DNA of 64,000 nt, taken from the NCBI GenBank assembly GCA_012295275.1, contig CM022673.1:620001-684000 (forward strand), read 5' to 3'. The notes under the pieces are model-generated. The model searched no databases. It saw nothing but the letters and a program-made list of their open reading frames with translations, and had not been told where the DNA came from. A program made the translations under genes and the position numbers. Within the stretch, counting starts at the first letter, position 1; the number at the start of each line of letters is the position of its first letter. Below, piece by piece: positions 1 to 15,454 of this stretch. This DNA is from Chrysomallon squamiferum (lineage: Eukaryota; Animalia; Mollusca).

Positions 1-2404
1 ATCTATTCCACTATCTGAAGCTGATAATCAAAGTTAAAACCAGAATTATCCATTCACAGATTTTTATCAAAGTTGTCACAACATGAAACAAATATCCTAT
101 TTAGGCTGAGCTGAAAAAAAAAAAAAGTATATATAAATTGTACGAATTCTTGAAATCAGGAATCCAAAGAAACGGTTGTAAACTCAGCTCTGCCAAAGGT
201 AGTGATGGTGAGGTGCAAAGTACGGCACTAATGAGGAAGAAAAGGAATGCTGTTTGCCAGTGCCAGTTTTAACCCTCTGTGACAGGTTGATGGTAGTTGT
301 TGCGGCACCTCCAATTGATATTAGATTCTCTCTTAACCAAGTGACTACTGTACATGTTCAACACAGGAAATTATTGACTGAGGGGTTTCCGTATTGACGA
401 GAAAATACCAGCTATATGGACACAAGTCAATTGTTAATTAGGCCCTGTTTCAAGCAACAAGTCCAAAACTCTTCAAAAGTAAATACTGCATACACAAGGA
501 TTTATGCTGTGTGTGTGTCAAATATCAGGCAGAGTGAAAAGCGGAAGACAGCTCTGTTAAACAGACATATACAAATACATTCAATGCATTTTCATTTTCT
601 ATTAGAAAAAAATGCATCTGAAGTTGTGATAAAAAGAAATCACTGTCTGAATAAGTGATCATTATTCATATTAAAAATTAAAAAGATATTTGTCATCCTT
701 CTTCCCTAATCCATTTACTTTTCACAACTTAACCCTAACTTCACTAATAAAACCAATAAAATATGAATGATTTCAGTTTTATTTTAGAAGATATGTCTGA
801 TATTTTACTAACATACAATTCTTCAATTAGTAATATTAGACATCTTGTTTGAAAAACCATCAAATACATTTATTTTCAATAAATAAAACTGATTTCCTTT
901 ATATGCAAATAAATATATAAAAGTAAAGAAAAATACTCCCAGCTTTCTTAATAATCATACTATAAAGCAGAGGCAGAGTTTACATACACGATGAAATATG
1001 AGGACATATATGTGAAGTTCTTCAAATCAGGAAAAGGAAAGGGATGTTTTAATATCACTGCAGTATATTGTTAAATTAATATCCAAGTTGTTTAACAACG
1101 GACAAATGTTTCCAAATCAAATATTAAGTTTAAAAGAAAATCATGAGTTGTAAACTTTATCTAAATGAAATATTTGTATCAGGAATCAGCCCTCAGTTAT
1201 AAAATGATAGAAATTTTGACTAAGCAAATGATTTTCAGGGATCAGAAGTATCTTTATTATATTTAAAATAATCACTTTTTAAATATTTAAAGAAATATTA
1301 TTGAACTTTTTATATTTTCATTTTTATTTAAAAGAATTTAGGACAATATTTCTGTACTGTAAACAGTTCAGTTCTCATAAGTTGATGTTATAAGGTCTGT
1401 CATTTTATGAGAAACTGTTTCTATTTAAAAAAATATGATACCAAAGTACTTCCTTTAAAAATAAAATATATGAAAATATGGAGGGAATTTTTTTATATAT
1501 ACATTTTTTACTTTTTGTTTTTCTTCAACAGAAATGTCAAACGGCAACAACAATTGTTCTTGAAAAATCCTTACATTAGTTCTGCAGTTATTCTGTGTAC
1601 TGCAAAGAGAATGGATGGCCTAATCAATAATATGATATCAGTATTATTGAAGATGACAAGCATGTTTACCAACACTTAATTACTGCTCAGAATCCTCTCT
1701 GCAGCTAGAGATTGGAGAGGACCCCATTGTTGTTGAATTACACAAGCTATTCCATGCCGCGTATGCACGACACTCCAGCTTCAAATTAATTCTGAGGTCA
1801 TCACTCAATATTATTGAGATTCCAACACTTTGGAAATCTTTCTGAAGGAATTCTATTGTCTGAGGCTCTGCAACTTGCTGTGCAACAATGTTCCATTGTC
1901 ACTTGGCACTGCTTCTCAGATATGTAAATACAGACCCCTGTCCGATTCTTTCCTGCAAATAATCAGCAGGATCTAATGAAATCCATACAAACTCTTTCGT
2001 CTAGCAAAAATCTTTAATTACAGCTGACATTATCAACTATTTCTTAACTCACCACTCTTATTGTAATGATGGGGGAAAATGAGCTTTTGTCAGAAGCTAT
2101 GCTTGCTTCTATTTTATTTTTTTTCCTTTTATTTTTTTTTTTTTTCTTAATGCAAAGGAACATTTGTGAGAAGAAGAAAAAATATTGAGTGCTTAAAAAA
2201 GAAGAATAGATAATTTCATTTACGAAGTCGATCAATATAAAAGCAGAATGGAATGCAACTTTATTACATGTGCTATTTCACAAGTTTATCACATAATGGC
2301 TAATAGCAGACAAGAAAATAATAGCTAATCAGAGAGAAATGAGTGATTTCTTTACAACTGTCATTTCGCACTACCTAAACTCAATTTAGTCTCATAGAAA
2401 ACTA

Positions 2405-2495
2405 AAGGAAATGGAATAGAATGTTTGTTTAACGACACCCTAGAGCATTGTTAATCATCTTCTTTTAGGTGTCATACTATATGGTTATTGTGCAC
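2405..2495 (-). mobile_element. Decayed SINE 3' fragment
   Basis: tgtttgtttaacgacaccctagagcattgttaatcatc...tgtcatactatatggttatt resembles, from recollection and not a database search, the reverse-complemented tail of a gastropod tRNA-derived SINE. Confidence 0.5.
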
Positions 2496-2982
2496 ATCAT
2501 TTACTTAGAAAGATTAAAAAATAAAATAAAATCTTGTTATCATTCCACAGAATACGTCTTTCCTTCTTTTTCTTTTTTTTCAAACAGGGCATTAGAAGTC
2601 TTTTCTATTTATTGTTGTATATCTTTTTTATTATTCTTTTTATTACTAATTTCTGTTCTCTCTCTCATTTATTTATTTATGTAAATATTTATTGGCAAAT
2701 TATTATTAATTATTAATTGACATAAATTTAATCAATTAGCCTCAATAAAGTTAACTGACTCAAAACATTTTATTGTTATTAGTTGATTTATTTATTTATT
2801 TACTTATTTATTTTTATTATTTGTTCATTTTGTTAGCTGAAAACATTTAATTTCTTTGAATATTATCAGATTCACATTTAAAATTATATAAATATGTTTC
2901 TAAGGTTTCTCTGACTACTCTAAACTGTTTTGTTTTCTTTTTCAGTTTATCTACATATCTTATAAGTTTTGCCTCACTTCTC

Positions 2983-3130
<148 letters not shown>

Positions 3131-5187
3131 AGATACTCACACTTACACATGCATAATGTTTTCCAAACATATTAACCACAATATAATTGTGTATCAGAAT
3201 TTATTAAGTTTGGTTCCTATGTGAAGAAATCTAAACCACAACAAGTGTACATTTTGTCAGTTTCTGTTTGCCACTTCACACACTTGACAAATTTTTCTTG
3301 CACTTCGTGAGCAAGTAAACCATAAGCTCAAGTTTCGAAACTCTACACCAACAATAGCCAGAACACAAACTTGTGAATTTAAAAAAAAAAGAAGGCAACA
3401 AGTAACAAAACTCTTATCTTTTGCTGGTACACTTATCAAACTTGGTAGTGGAACAGAGTGAATGAAGCATGCAATAAACATATGTTTTCTGATTACACCA
3501 GCTGCTTAATGGTTGCCAGTGTAAATTAAAATGCATAACTTCCTGTCAGCTGTTGTTCAGATAGTCACATACTCATCAGTAATCATCCTTTGTGCAATTA
3601 ACATGCATATGTAGAAAATACATACACATGAAGAAAAACAGTGGGTGCAAGCACATTACTAGTGCAGGGGTTAATTAACATGCTTTTGGAAAAAACCCAC
3701 AAAAAAACAAAAAAAAATAACGAAAAAAAACAACCTTCTTTTTTAGGTGAATGGGCTTCCTGTATTCTTTTTAAAATGTTATGCTTAAAAAAGTGAAAGA
3801 AAAATAGAGATAAAGATTTAATTAGTTTTAACAAATACCAAGTGAAAAAAACAAACAAAAAACTATTTTGTACTGATCTCATATATATTTGTTTTTTATA
3901 TTTTTATATTTATATATGCATGTAAGAATGTATGTGAATATACGGATAAAAGTATATGCCTTTCTATAAGTATGTAAGAGTGTATGTAGTGAGCAGAAAT
4001 GTTAATTTACAGTTAGCTGAATTCTAAATCAGGAAGTTTTTAAGTAAAATGTTTATTTCTTTTTAAAATTTAAAAGCAATTTCTTGACATGCCAAGAAAA
4101 AGAAACATTATTATTTTTGTCTTTTTTAAAGTTACATATAAGTTTAGTAATAACAGGTTAGTTGATATCTTTTAATAAAAATGTACAAATTACAGAAGAT
4201 AGAAATTAAGATATGAATTGTAATACAGCACACAAAAATTATACAATTATAAAACAAATTATAAAACTGACAGATTAAGGTTATATATTATAAAACACAC
4301 AAACAAATTATGATTAATGACTGGTTGAAAATGATCTTTTAAAATGTTTACTTAACATTTTTTCTTATTTTATTTTGTTTTAATTATTATTATTATTATA
4401 TTATTAATTTTTATTCACAGTGTGTTGAATCAAGACAAGAGTTTCCAAAGTTTCATTAAACAATAGTAACAATTACGAAGTTGTTTTTAATTCAAAGAGA
4501 TATGGGATATCATTAAAGGACATCATTCAATTTGAAATAGGCTAATTAAAGGCACACCTTAGCAGGAAACTTTTTAATGTTTGTATTTTTATCGTTTGTG
4601 ACATAGCAAAAGAAATAAACAACTAGGAATTATGCCTCACATTGATTATGTACTGTGGGAAACGAAAACTGTTAATTGCAAAGAGAGAATTAATTATGTT
4701 ATCCCAAGGATCAAAGTCAAGCTGAATGTTGTAAAGTGCTTCCTAAGTGTGGCCAAAGCGTGAATTATTAGGAACAAAGTTTATTGATGACTTCCTGTGG
4801 AAAGAGGCAAGAAAGTGGTTTACACGGGCATTTTTATGTTTTGTTGTTCTCAATGTTGACTCTAGCAAGTCCTCTAATCTAGGCTCTGAGAAAAGGGAGA
4901 AAAAAATGAGTAAGAAAAATCTTCAAAGTTATTACCAGTGTGTTATCTTTTTATGGTTTACAAAGAAGCTGGATAACAAAACAGAATGATAATTTGTATA
5001 ATATTTGTGTGTGAATGTGAATGTGTTCGTGTGTGTGTGTGTCTCATTATGACAAATGTCTAGATGTGTGTATGTCTTCATGCTTGTATATTCATAGAGA
5101 TATACACATGGACTAAAACTGAAAATTCATCATATACAGTTTATTTAATATACATTGTACTTCTCACAAAAAGGAAACAAAAGTTAT

Positions 5188-5191
<4 letters not shown>

Positions 5192-5250
<59 letters not shown>
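5192..5250. repeat. (TG)n then (TATG)n microsatellite
   Basis: Directly visible. Confidence 0.95.
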
Positions 5251-5344
5251 AAGTATCTATGCATATTTGTATTTAAGTATGTATATATTTTATCATACTA
5301 TAATTTGATTAAACATAAATCTTAATAAAAACCAAACTGTATAC

Positions 5345-5850
5345 ATAGTATTTTAACCTGTAGAGAAAATCCCAGATGCACATATTATTTTAATCTGCAA
5401 AAGAAGACACATTGACTATAATGACCAGTCCAGTTACACTAATCTGCAGTTAAAGACCACCTTCCTAAAGACCTATAATAACATTACTACTTACAGATTA
5501 TCTAACCTGGAAAAAAACAATCTATTTATGATGACCATACTGCTTATGCAAATGAAGATCACAGACAATAGTGATGGCTAGCTGATTATTAAACCTTCAG
5601 AAAAACTATCTAATTATACTGATTTCTTAAACTTTTAGAAAAGGATCACCTATCTTTAAATATCTGTCTGCTTTTGGATTGTCAGCTTGAATCTACCTTT
5701 GAATGCCTGCCTGCTTTACAGATTATCTAACCTTCAGAAGACAATTAGTCTGTAAAGACCTGTTTAACAGACTATTCAACCTGTAGAGAATGACCATCTG
5801 TCTCCAAACATCAAATTTGAGTTAAAATTATTTTGAACAGGTCAGTTTAA
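5345..5850. repeat. Degenerate minisatellite / possible MITE-derived array
   Basis: ttacagattatctaacct is exact at 5491-5508 and 5716-5733. aacctgtagagaa occurs at ~5355 and ~5778, and aaagacc/gacca units recur. Confidence 0.65.
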
Positions 5851-7074
5851 CATTATTTTTGATATTCATAATGCTGTATGAACATTCCCTTGATTATCAT
5901 GCTTTTTAATTTTAAACTTATTTTGTGAAAAGAAAATACATAGGAAAGAAAAAAGAAGAATGAATAAATTAGGATGATTCAAAGTGTTATGGATTAGACT
6001 GAACATTTTATCATAATTAACCATACAAAACGTAGCCTTATTATGGGGAAAATATTTTATAAGAAACCAGGTGCAAACCAAACACAGTTTTTCAATTTTG
6101 ATTCTTAGCTCAAAATCAGTTGAATATATAAGTATTTTTGACTATGTAACTGAATTGTGTGTATCTATGGAAATAAAATAAATTATCCACATTTAGTGTG
6201 CATTCTGGCACATAATATTACATATCACACTCTAACATACACATCTTACACACAGACATATGCACATCATAGATACATAAATACACTATAAACTTAATGT
6301 CTATATACTCTACATACATACACATATATATACTCTACATTCAAGAAAAACACGCTTACCCATATAAGCCATCTTTAAATTTTTGTGTAATTAATTGTAT
6401 ATCATAAGTTTTTCAGCTTTTTAAGGCAATTCCAGAAATAAGGAAAGAACAACACAAGTAATAAGTGATAAATAATAAAATATATACATATATACATATG
6501 TACACATACACAAATACAGACACACACACACCTACATGCATACGCGCACAGACACACACTGTAACTGTTTACTTTTATTATTATATGATACAGAATTAAT
6601 TAATGTCTTCAAGTAAAGCACTGTTTAGTTTAGTTTTTAGGGGATGTGACTTATATTACTTATATTAAAATCCATTAAACTGTGGCCTTAATTGGTCATT
6701 ACAAAATTATTTCATTTAGGATAATTCAGTGTTTATATCTACATTATGTGTGTACATATACTTAGTCATTAATTATTCAGTCATACACATTTTTTTATTT
6801 ATTTCTCTGTTCTAAACTAAAGACTGACAACAAAAGTAATCTTTGTGTTATTTCCATAACTATTTCCAAATTCTAAGCAAGCAGTCAAATTAGACAGGTC
6901 ATGTTTGATCCTCCAAGTAAAGACTGCAGAGGGCAATGGAGTGTTTTCTAATCTGTAGAACACACAAAACAATGGGATGGACATGATTAAGAAACAGTGA
7001 CAAGCCTCTGAAAGCAGGCCACCCCTAACAACTGCATACAAACTAGGAATTATCAATACCTTCATTGTCATCTC

Positions 7075-7685
7075 TCAGACATACACCTCCCTTTCTCAAA
7101 TAAACATAGATCCTCCTTTTCCACATCAGTCTATATTGTCATATACCTTTTGTGCCATGTAAACAAATGTCAAACTATATATATATTTCTACTCCAAAGC
7201 CCAATTAAATAAATATCGTCTCTTCAAATATATATAAACACACAGACACACACACACACATACACGCACACATAGTACTCCCTCTTTCTGATAACTTTCT
7301 TCCTCTCTCAATCTATATATTCCCCCTCCCATAAATACATGCATTTTTACTTCCCACATCAATCTACCTAGTATAATGTCAGGGTCTTCCTTCCATATAA
7401 ACATATATCCTCCCTTTCTGTTTTTATACATTGTAATTTCACACTATCATTAGTTTTCAAATTGTTCTCTCTTTGGTACCAGCACATTCCCCCTTTTTAT
7501 ACAAACATATATCTTCTCCTCCTATTCAATCACTTTATTTATATTTTATTCATCCATCTCAAATATCTCGTATATCATTTTTCTACATGTTTAATATCCT
7601 CCCTTTATATTTCAATTTATATTTTGTACCAATATATTCCCCCTTCCATACAAACATATATCTTCCCCTCCCACATCAATCTTTG
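7075..7685. repeat. Degenerate pyrimidine-rich minisatellite
   Basis: Recurrent aaacatatatc(c/t)tcc-like and cccacatcaatct units. Confidence 0.6.
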
Positions 7686-7689
7686 TGTT

Positions 7690-7896
7690 GTAGACAGCAC
7701 TGGGTACTTCATTAAATAAACTTTTGTTGTCTTCTAACATTGGTTGGCCTCAGTAGTGGCATTCAGATATATTTTTATAATTTAAGTCCAGCATTCTCTG
7801 TCTGCTGCAGACAACACATTGTGCTTCATTAAATAAAGTCTATTTTCTTTAGCCATTGTTGGGATATTGGAAGGAACTCAAGATATTTTCATAATT
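7690..7896. repeat. Old tandem duplication, ~117 bp period
   Basis: agaca..cac..cttcattaaataaa...agatat..ttt.ataattt occurs at ~7692 and ~7809. Confidence 0.6.
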
Positions 7897-8827
7897 TGGT
7901 TAGCTTCGAAAAGCTAGCCCGCTTTGCACTAGGATATGAGATTAGATGGGCTGATCGACTCCCTTTTGGCCTGGTCTTCCACAATGCCTGTATGAACAAA
8001 CCAAACAAGCCCAGAGATCATACAATCTTCATATTTCATGCTGGAGAAAATGCTGATTGTCATAGATGACAGATGATAAACTAATTCCTGACAGGCTTGT
8101 CAGTTTAAAGCAAATATGCACCACCAATGATTTTTCACACAGACCCAATGGTAGGCAGGCTAGAAATTACTCATCGCTGGAAAAGCACTCCAAGTGAAAA
8201 CCACAATGATCGGAAGTTTACAGTCACTCACTAAGTGTTTGGCTGCAGTAACTTGACAATTAATTACATCAGTGGCTGGGTGTCGAATATGTGAATTAGC
8301 ACACACATTTTTGCTGCGTGTAATCTGTGTTAACCAACCTGCTGTTTGGACAATGCATTTCACATATTTCAGTCATATATAAATGATACAGTAAATAAAT
8401 TATCTGATGTGAATATCATCATTTCTACAAAATCTTGAGATTTAAAATAAAAAATTTAACTCCTGTTGCTACAGATACTTAATGCTATTCAAATACATAT
8501 TTATTTATGATTACCATGGGAACTTTTCTTATTAATTAGCACAGGCAGTAGGAAATTGACTCTTGTTATGGATTTAATGAATAATTATATATATTGTTAC
8601 TATGGCTACTTTTATTACTGCTCACCTGAGCAACATTCTTTACTAAATAAATTAATACAATTTAACACATCAAGCAAACTATCATCTGAACATCTGTCGT
8701 TTTGTACTGTGATAGCAGCTGGGCCATTTCTTTTTTGTACTAATATATGTAAAATAAAATAAAATACCAAAAAAAAAAATGGTTTCTGATTTTATTGTCT
8801 TTTTTAAAAAACCCATATTTTTTTAGG

Positions 8828-8846
8828 TATTTAAGAAATACCTCTA

Positions 8847-8886
<40 letters not shown>
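8828..8886. repeat. (CA)n microsatellite
   Basis: Directly visible. Confidence 0.95.
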
Positions 8887-8890
<4 letters not shown>

Positions 8891-11800
8891 CACACCTTGT
8901 TTTCCTTTTTACATAGATTTCATTAAATGGGTTAATTATTTTAAAATCTATTTGTGTTCATTCTAAATTTTATCAAATGTTTTACAGATAAATGCCATAA
9001 ACTTTCTTATGTTATTATTGTTGTTGTTAATATCATGATCATGATCACAATGATCATAATCATTGATAATCTATTTTCATCATCAACAATTAATCATTTA
9101 TATATTGTTTTTCATACATTCCCTTATTTCTTTATTCATTCCTTTATTCAAGTAACTATATAATATTATTAGGAATTACAAAATAATGTAACACACTACA
9201 TACAGAGACATGAATGTTTTCTGCATAGCTTAGCATTGAGAAAATTAAAAATATTTAAGAAAAACATCTTTTAATTAAAAAAATATAACATTTGATTTAT
9301 TGTTTTAAAAAGATTTTCATGTAGAAAAATTAAGGTGGAAATTACAAAAGAAGAAACACATATCAATTATCTTTCTATGTATTCTGAAATGGAAAATGTT
9401 AAAGATCACAAACTGAAAAAAAATCATAACAGCATCCTGAACTTTTGAACAATCAAATCACTGATTGAGAATGCATCAAAAGATTAAAAAAACAGACTTT
9501 TTCATTAGCAGTGCCATTTCTGTTGTCACAAATAATAGCTGAAACGAAGTAAAAATAAGAACCTCATAAAAGGGGGGAAAAAAATAGTTAACCCCAAAAA
9601 GGTTTAAATGTATCTTCTAGTTGAACACACATAAAACATTAAATGGCGATTTTCGAAAACACAACACAAAACTTTCTTTTAATTTGTTGCAGTTTCTTTT
9701 GACTGCTTTTGTTAGGTTGCCATAACAACAGCACAAGAACCTGAAAAATCTGTTAAGTGTAAGCGAATGTGAAGTTTTGACATGAATTGCTTCGAATGGA
9801 GAGGAAATGAAGCCATCATAAAAGAGAACACTCACCAGTACCCAGGTCTTAGAGAGGCTGCTTCCAGTGAATGGCATCGGCTCAGTGCGCTTTGTTTCCC
9901 CCTCACTGTTCCCTGGCCAAAATAAAATTGAATGCCTCAATAACAAGTGTCATTCAATGCAAGAACAGCATGGAGTTTACATTAATGCTCTTTATTCCAA
10001 AGTAAAAAGTCTCATTCTGCACATTTCTATGGGGGGGGGGGTAAAGAAGAAGAAAAAGAAGAAGAAGAAAAATTGGTTGGTTGAGAAGACAAACTGGTAA
10101 CAATCAGTAACCTCTGTTTGTTGTGGAAGTGGGAGAGATCGATGTTCTTGTATTGTGAGAAAAATGGTGAATAAAAGATCAAGTATCTTAAAGACTTTAA
10201 AAAGAAATCAGATGAAAACAGGTGTATTTTCAACACCAATTTGGAAATAATATATTAACACTGAGCGAAACTTAACATAATATTTAGTTGAATATATATA
10301 CTATAGGATACTTTTAAATATTATATTTTACACAAAATAAATGCAATAATACACAAAAATATTACACTTTACACAAAATAAATATACAATTTTTAACTAT
10401 TAAATTTTAGACATATTGTATGAGACATTAAATATTTACATTTTATAGACAATAAATACTATATTAGACTTCAACATGTTACAATTTTACATAAAAAATC
10501 GAATATATTGTCTAAAATCTGAAACATTTAGCACAACATTAAAGCAATATCAATCTTCAAAATAATTTATTTAACACATAATGTAATATGAAATTTAAAA
10601 ATAATATATTTAAAACATAATAAATTCTAAATAAAACTAATGATAAATATAGGTAAATAATTCTTCATAAAACTTAAAAATAATAAATTTGTAAACTCTG
10701 AAAAGCATACTTCTTGTCATTAAAAGAAAACTATATGTTGTAAATTTTTCATCTTTTTATAAAATGATTATTTTTATTACATTCTAAAATCAACACACTA
10801 TTGTAATTTAAGGTTTATTCATTTTCATATTCTATAAATTAAAAATAAATATAAATTGTAACAGTTTGGTTTTCATAAACAGTTCTGAATGATTATTAAC
10901 AAAATGACATAACAGAACAGATGTATTTCTGACATAAGATTGTCTTGCAGATATCTGAAACATAACCAAAGATGTTAAAATTGATGGATAAATATCATTT
11001 AAAGTATATTTTTGATGACAAGAAGAAATGACCTAAATAGTGTCTTCATACTTCCAAGTTATATTTAATTTGTTTATTTTGCTGTCCAATCTTAATTAAT
11101 AATGAAGTATAACAACAAAAGAATACATTTTTGTAATATTTTGGGGTAGTCATTTTTTATATATAGGGCATACAGATTGGCTTACAGTGTTTCTTCTGAT
11201 ACGGATATACAAAGTACAGCTATTAGTCCATCATGTCAAAATAATGCAAACCATACTTAAGCTTTAAATACAGGTATATGTACAAAAACATAAAAGCAAA
11301 ATGAAAGCAAAATGTTATTTAAATGCTCATAACTATTAACTGAAGAAAAATTTGGAACAGATTTACTTTTATTAAAAAGATAATAAATATGTGGTGATCA
11401 GAGGTCTTTGATATTAATCAAACAATAAACTGTCCTCATAAAATTTAATATTCACACAGTAATTTTTAAAAGTAAAACATATTCTTCATGAGCAGATGTT
11501 TGTTTAAAAACATTTTCAGTTTTCCTTTCTTTTTAAATGCCTCTTGAATAAAAAGAATATGTAAGTGCTATTTTGTGGCTCTGACTGTACCCAGTGTTTC
11601 ATCTTATCAATTCACACACATCCATTTAAAGTGCACATAAACTATTTAGCATTTTTTCAAAAATCCACAGAAATAAACTATAACTAATGAGAAAGCACAG
11701 ATGTTTGTAAACTGCAAACTAAATCTAATATAAATGGTAAGAAAAGTTCACAACCTGGAAATAAATTATTTTTTAGTAGCGATTCATAAAAGAATAACAC

Positions 11801-14312
11801 TGCTCTCCCTCCCCGTATTTCAGTAATAAGTTTTTATTCTTTTCACATTAATTTCTTTTCATTTTGTGCTGAGATAATGAACCCCATCTTTTAAGGTAAA
11901 GTTTAAAACAAAAATGGAGATTTACCTTCATATGGTTAAATAAAAATATCATCATCATAGATTATTTATGTATTAACCTAATTTATTTATTTTTCAAGTG
12001 ACTAGACAACAAACACACACATCCACACATATATGAACAGGAACACACACAATCAACATAAATTTAACAAAAATCAGCAGTATATCTGTATGTAATATAT
12101 GTGTTAATCTAGGTTTGATATACTGAAATATGTGTAACAATATATTGAGATTAACCAGTATTTCTGAAAGTCATTAATTCAAAATTACTATATGGTTTCC
12201 TAAGTTTATGTTTAGCTAACAGGTAGTTATTGCTAAATCAATCTACAGCTTCAGTTATATATGATCAAGCCATCAATGCCACAGCGTTTACTGTCTTTAA
12301 AAAGTGTCTCTATCCTTCCATAAAGCATTAAAACTTACTGCACACCAGTCTGATCCCTTTGTAAGAACCAGGATAATAATATTACCATCAGGACTGTTTT
12401 TAATTGTGTAAATGTTTATGATAACCATTATGATATAAAAGAGTGATTGATAACAGTATTATTTTATTTCTTTATTGGATGCTAAACATTTATATGATCA
12501 TATTCTCTGACTAACAAGTATCAGTTTATCTAGACTTTACAATACTTCTTCAAGAACTGGAAAATAAGTCTAAACAAAAAAGGACAAATATAGATATTTC
12601 ATTTTCACATTAATTTTTGGCATAACTGACAAAATTACATAAACTATACATGCACACATGTACACACACACACAAACAAACCTTACAATCACTATAAATA
12701 GTGGCGAGATATGATGACTAGATAAGATTTGGATTGGAACAATTTTTGATAAACTGCCTTGCTGTTTACATACATATATATGTATTTTATTTCTACTTTA
12801 CCTAGTTTTCATATATATAAGCCTAATCAGTCTGGTTAATGATAATTCATTGTTTTATTTTATTTTATTTTATTTTTTGTTTGGTTCTACTTTCTTTTTA
12901 TTTATTTTTTTTATTTTATCCATTTTGATTTCTGTGCATGTTCTTGATATGGGGTTCAATATTATTATAGTTACTTTGTTGTCATATTTTTGTTATTTGT
13001 TACGTTTGTTGTTGTTGCTACAGTATATGTCACTGTTGTTGATATTTAATAATTTTACTGTTAATTTTGAAATAAAGATAGTCAAACCATCCACCTAGGA
13101 TTTCGTCTTAGGATTTCTCAGACTTCTTTTCCTTTTGTTTCTGAAGACTAATTAAAAAAATGTTAAGAAGACACTGTTACTAAAAAAATCTTTTTTAAAA
13201 ATTTAGTCTTTAACTAAACTGGCCGAAACATTTAGCTCTAATGTAGAAACAAGCATCAAGTGGGGATTACAACAAAAGCACATTCCTCAAGTGTGGAAAT
13301 TTTTCTGGTCATACAAAAACTGACATCTGACATTGTTGTGAGTGGCATTGATTTCTGAAGCATTATTATAGCAGCAAGCAAAAAAAAAAAACAGTCTAGA
13401 GACAGTGCGATGAAAGCTTGCACCAAACGCAAAGACTTCTAATCCACTCAGAATAATACAGATTAACTCCCATTGTCTGCAGCTGGGGTGCTAGAAGCAG
13501 CGATTGGGGCGTGTGTACAATCGTTACTTGCCCCTGGGTTACATTTCGACGAAACACACTTCAACAATGAAAGAAAAAGCCTCTATTGATTTATCTTTTT
13601 CTTCTATAGCTGTGATGCAAATGTGCATTATTACTCTAAAAATCAATCAAGCACAATGCTAAATCTAGCCCAAATGCATCTCTTGTCATAGTGTTCATCA
13701 ACTTTGGATCAATTCTGCCCAAAATTTTCCCAACTCCAAATTATTAGAGATAATGGCACCAGCAGAAGCAAAGATTTTTGTTCAATTTTCTTCTCTTGGC
13801 TGAATTTGTCTTTGAGCGGGGAGATCGAGCGTGGTCGAGATTTATAGGAATTGTGTCAGATTGTGAGAAATATCAAAGCCATGCCATGACACCTATTATA
13901 CTTTATTATAGATTTTTCACATCACCCTCTTCGAGCTGGGCCTCGCGGCAACAAAGGGTGAACAACAATCACAGATTCAAATAGTAGAGTTTCTCCAAAT
14001 TGAGATCCACAAAATGAAAATTCTTCAATTAATGACAATCCTGAACTGTTGCAAATGATTTCTGATTCAACAGTTTGCGTAAGGATTGAGAACGATTCTG
14101 AAGTAATCTCCTTTTTTAACAAAAAGATGGACAATTTTTTCTTCAGCCATTAAAAATCTGAACAATAAATTCATGAATTTCTAAGTAAACTAGATAACTG
14201 TCTATATGAATTTCTATATGATTTAAAAAATTTAAAAAATCTAATTAATTTTTTACCACTTAAAAAAGATTAAAGTTAAAAATTAAATTCAGATCTGAGA
14301 GACACACACGCG

Positions 14313-14507
<195 letters not shown>

Positions 14508-15404
14508 GTTGGAAACTCGACATAAAAGAAAAAAACAGAGTCAAACCAAGTGGAGAAAGAGGCAGTTAAAATAAGCACAATATTGTCAGTACATTTATGT
14601 GTGATGACTAAAAATCATTATCACATACATAAATAAATAATTAACATCATTCTCTAAAATAAAAATATTAAATTTTCAACTCTATTTTATTAAAAAAAGA
14701 GGAAGAGAAGAGAGAGACAGAGAAGATGAAAAAGAAAAACATTTGGCATCAATTTTCTGCTTTTTACCACAAACTGAAAACAAGTAATTAAAGTCTTCCA
14801 TCAAAAATCAAAAGAGTTTGTACAAGTCAATAAAAACATTTCAAGCAAAATTTTATACATCATTTAAACAGAATATAAATATCATTTATTTCAGCAGTTT
14901 AGTAAAACAAACAGTTTTAAAATGAATTGTAATTATCTGGTTAACTTAATAAACATAATGAGATCGTTAATTTTTACAAGTTTGAGGTAACAGAGTGCAC
15001 CAGAAGATGCCACAATGAAAAGTTTGGTTTAACAAAAAGCACATTATGATTTACTGAACAGTTACAAGTGGAATTTTATAGCATATTTAATTGATTAGCT
15101 TCTTTTATGCCGAGCATTACAAAAACCTTAATGAAACATTAACTTTTATATTTGTTTCTTAAGCCAACATATTGTGTCATTAATGCTATTTTCACAGAAA
15201 TACAATTAAAAGATAAAAGTGTTTTAAATATCCTCTGTCTGTGCATCTGTTTATGTGTTATTTCACTCTGTTCAAGTATGGAACTTTTAAAAGTATTACT
15301 CTTTTTGTTCATGATGAAGAGGTTTGAAATACTGCCTTAAATGTTGTCGGTTTGTGTAGAAGATGTTAATTATTTGATTTTTTAATTCAAATTTAATTAT
15401 ATCC

Positions 15405-15407
<3 letters not shown>

Positions 15408-15454
<47 letters not shown>
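15408..15454. repeat. (TTA)n microsatellite
   Basis: Directly visible. Confidence 0.95.

Noticed and set aside
1-130. Strong-looking minus-strand acceptor (poly-T-CAG at 111)
   Set aside because: All three downstream frames hit stops within the window and no donor is visible, so it cannot be supported as a coding exon.
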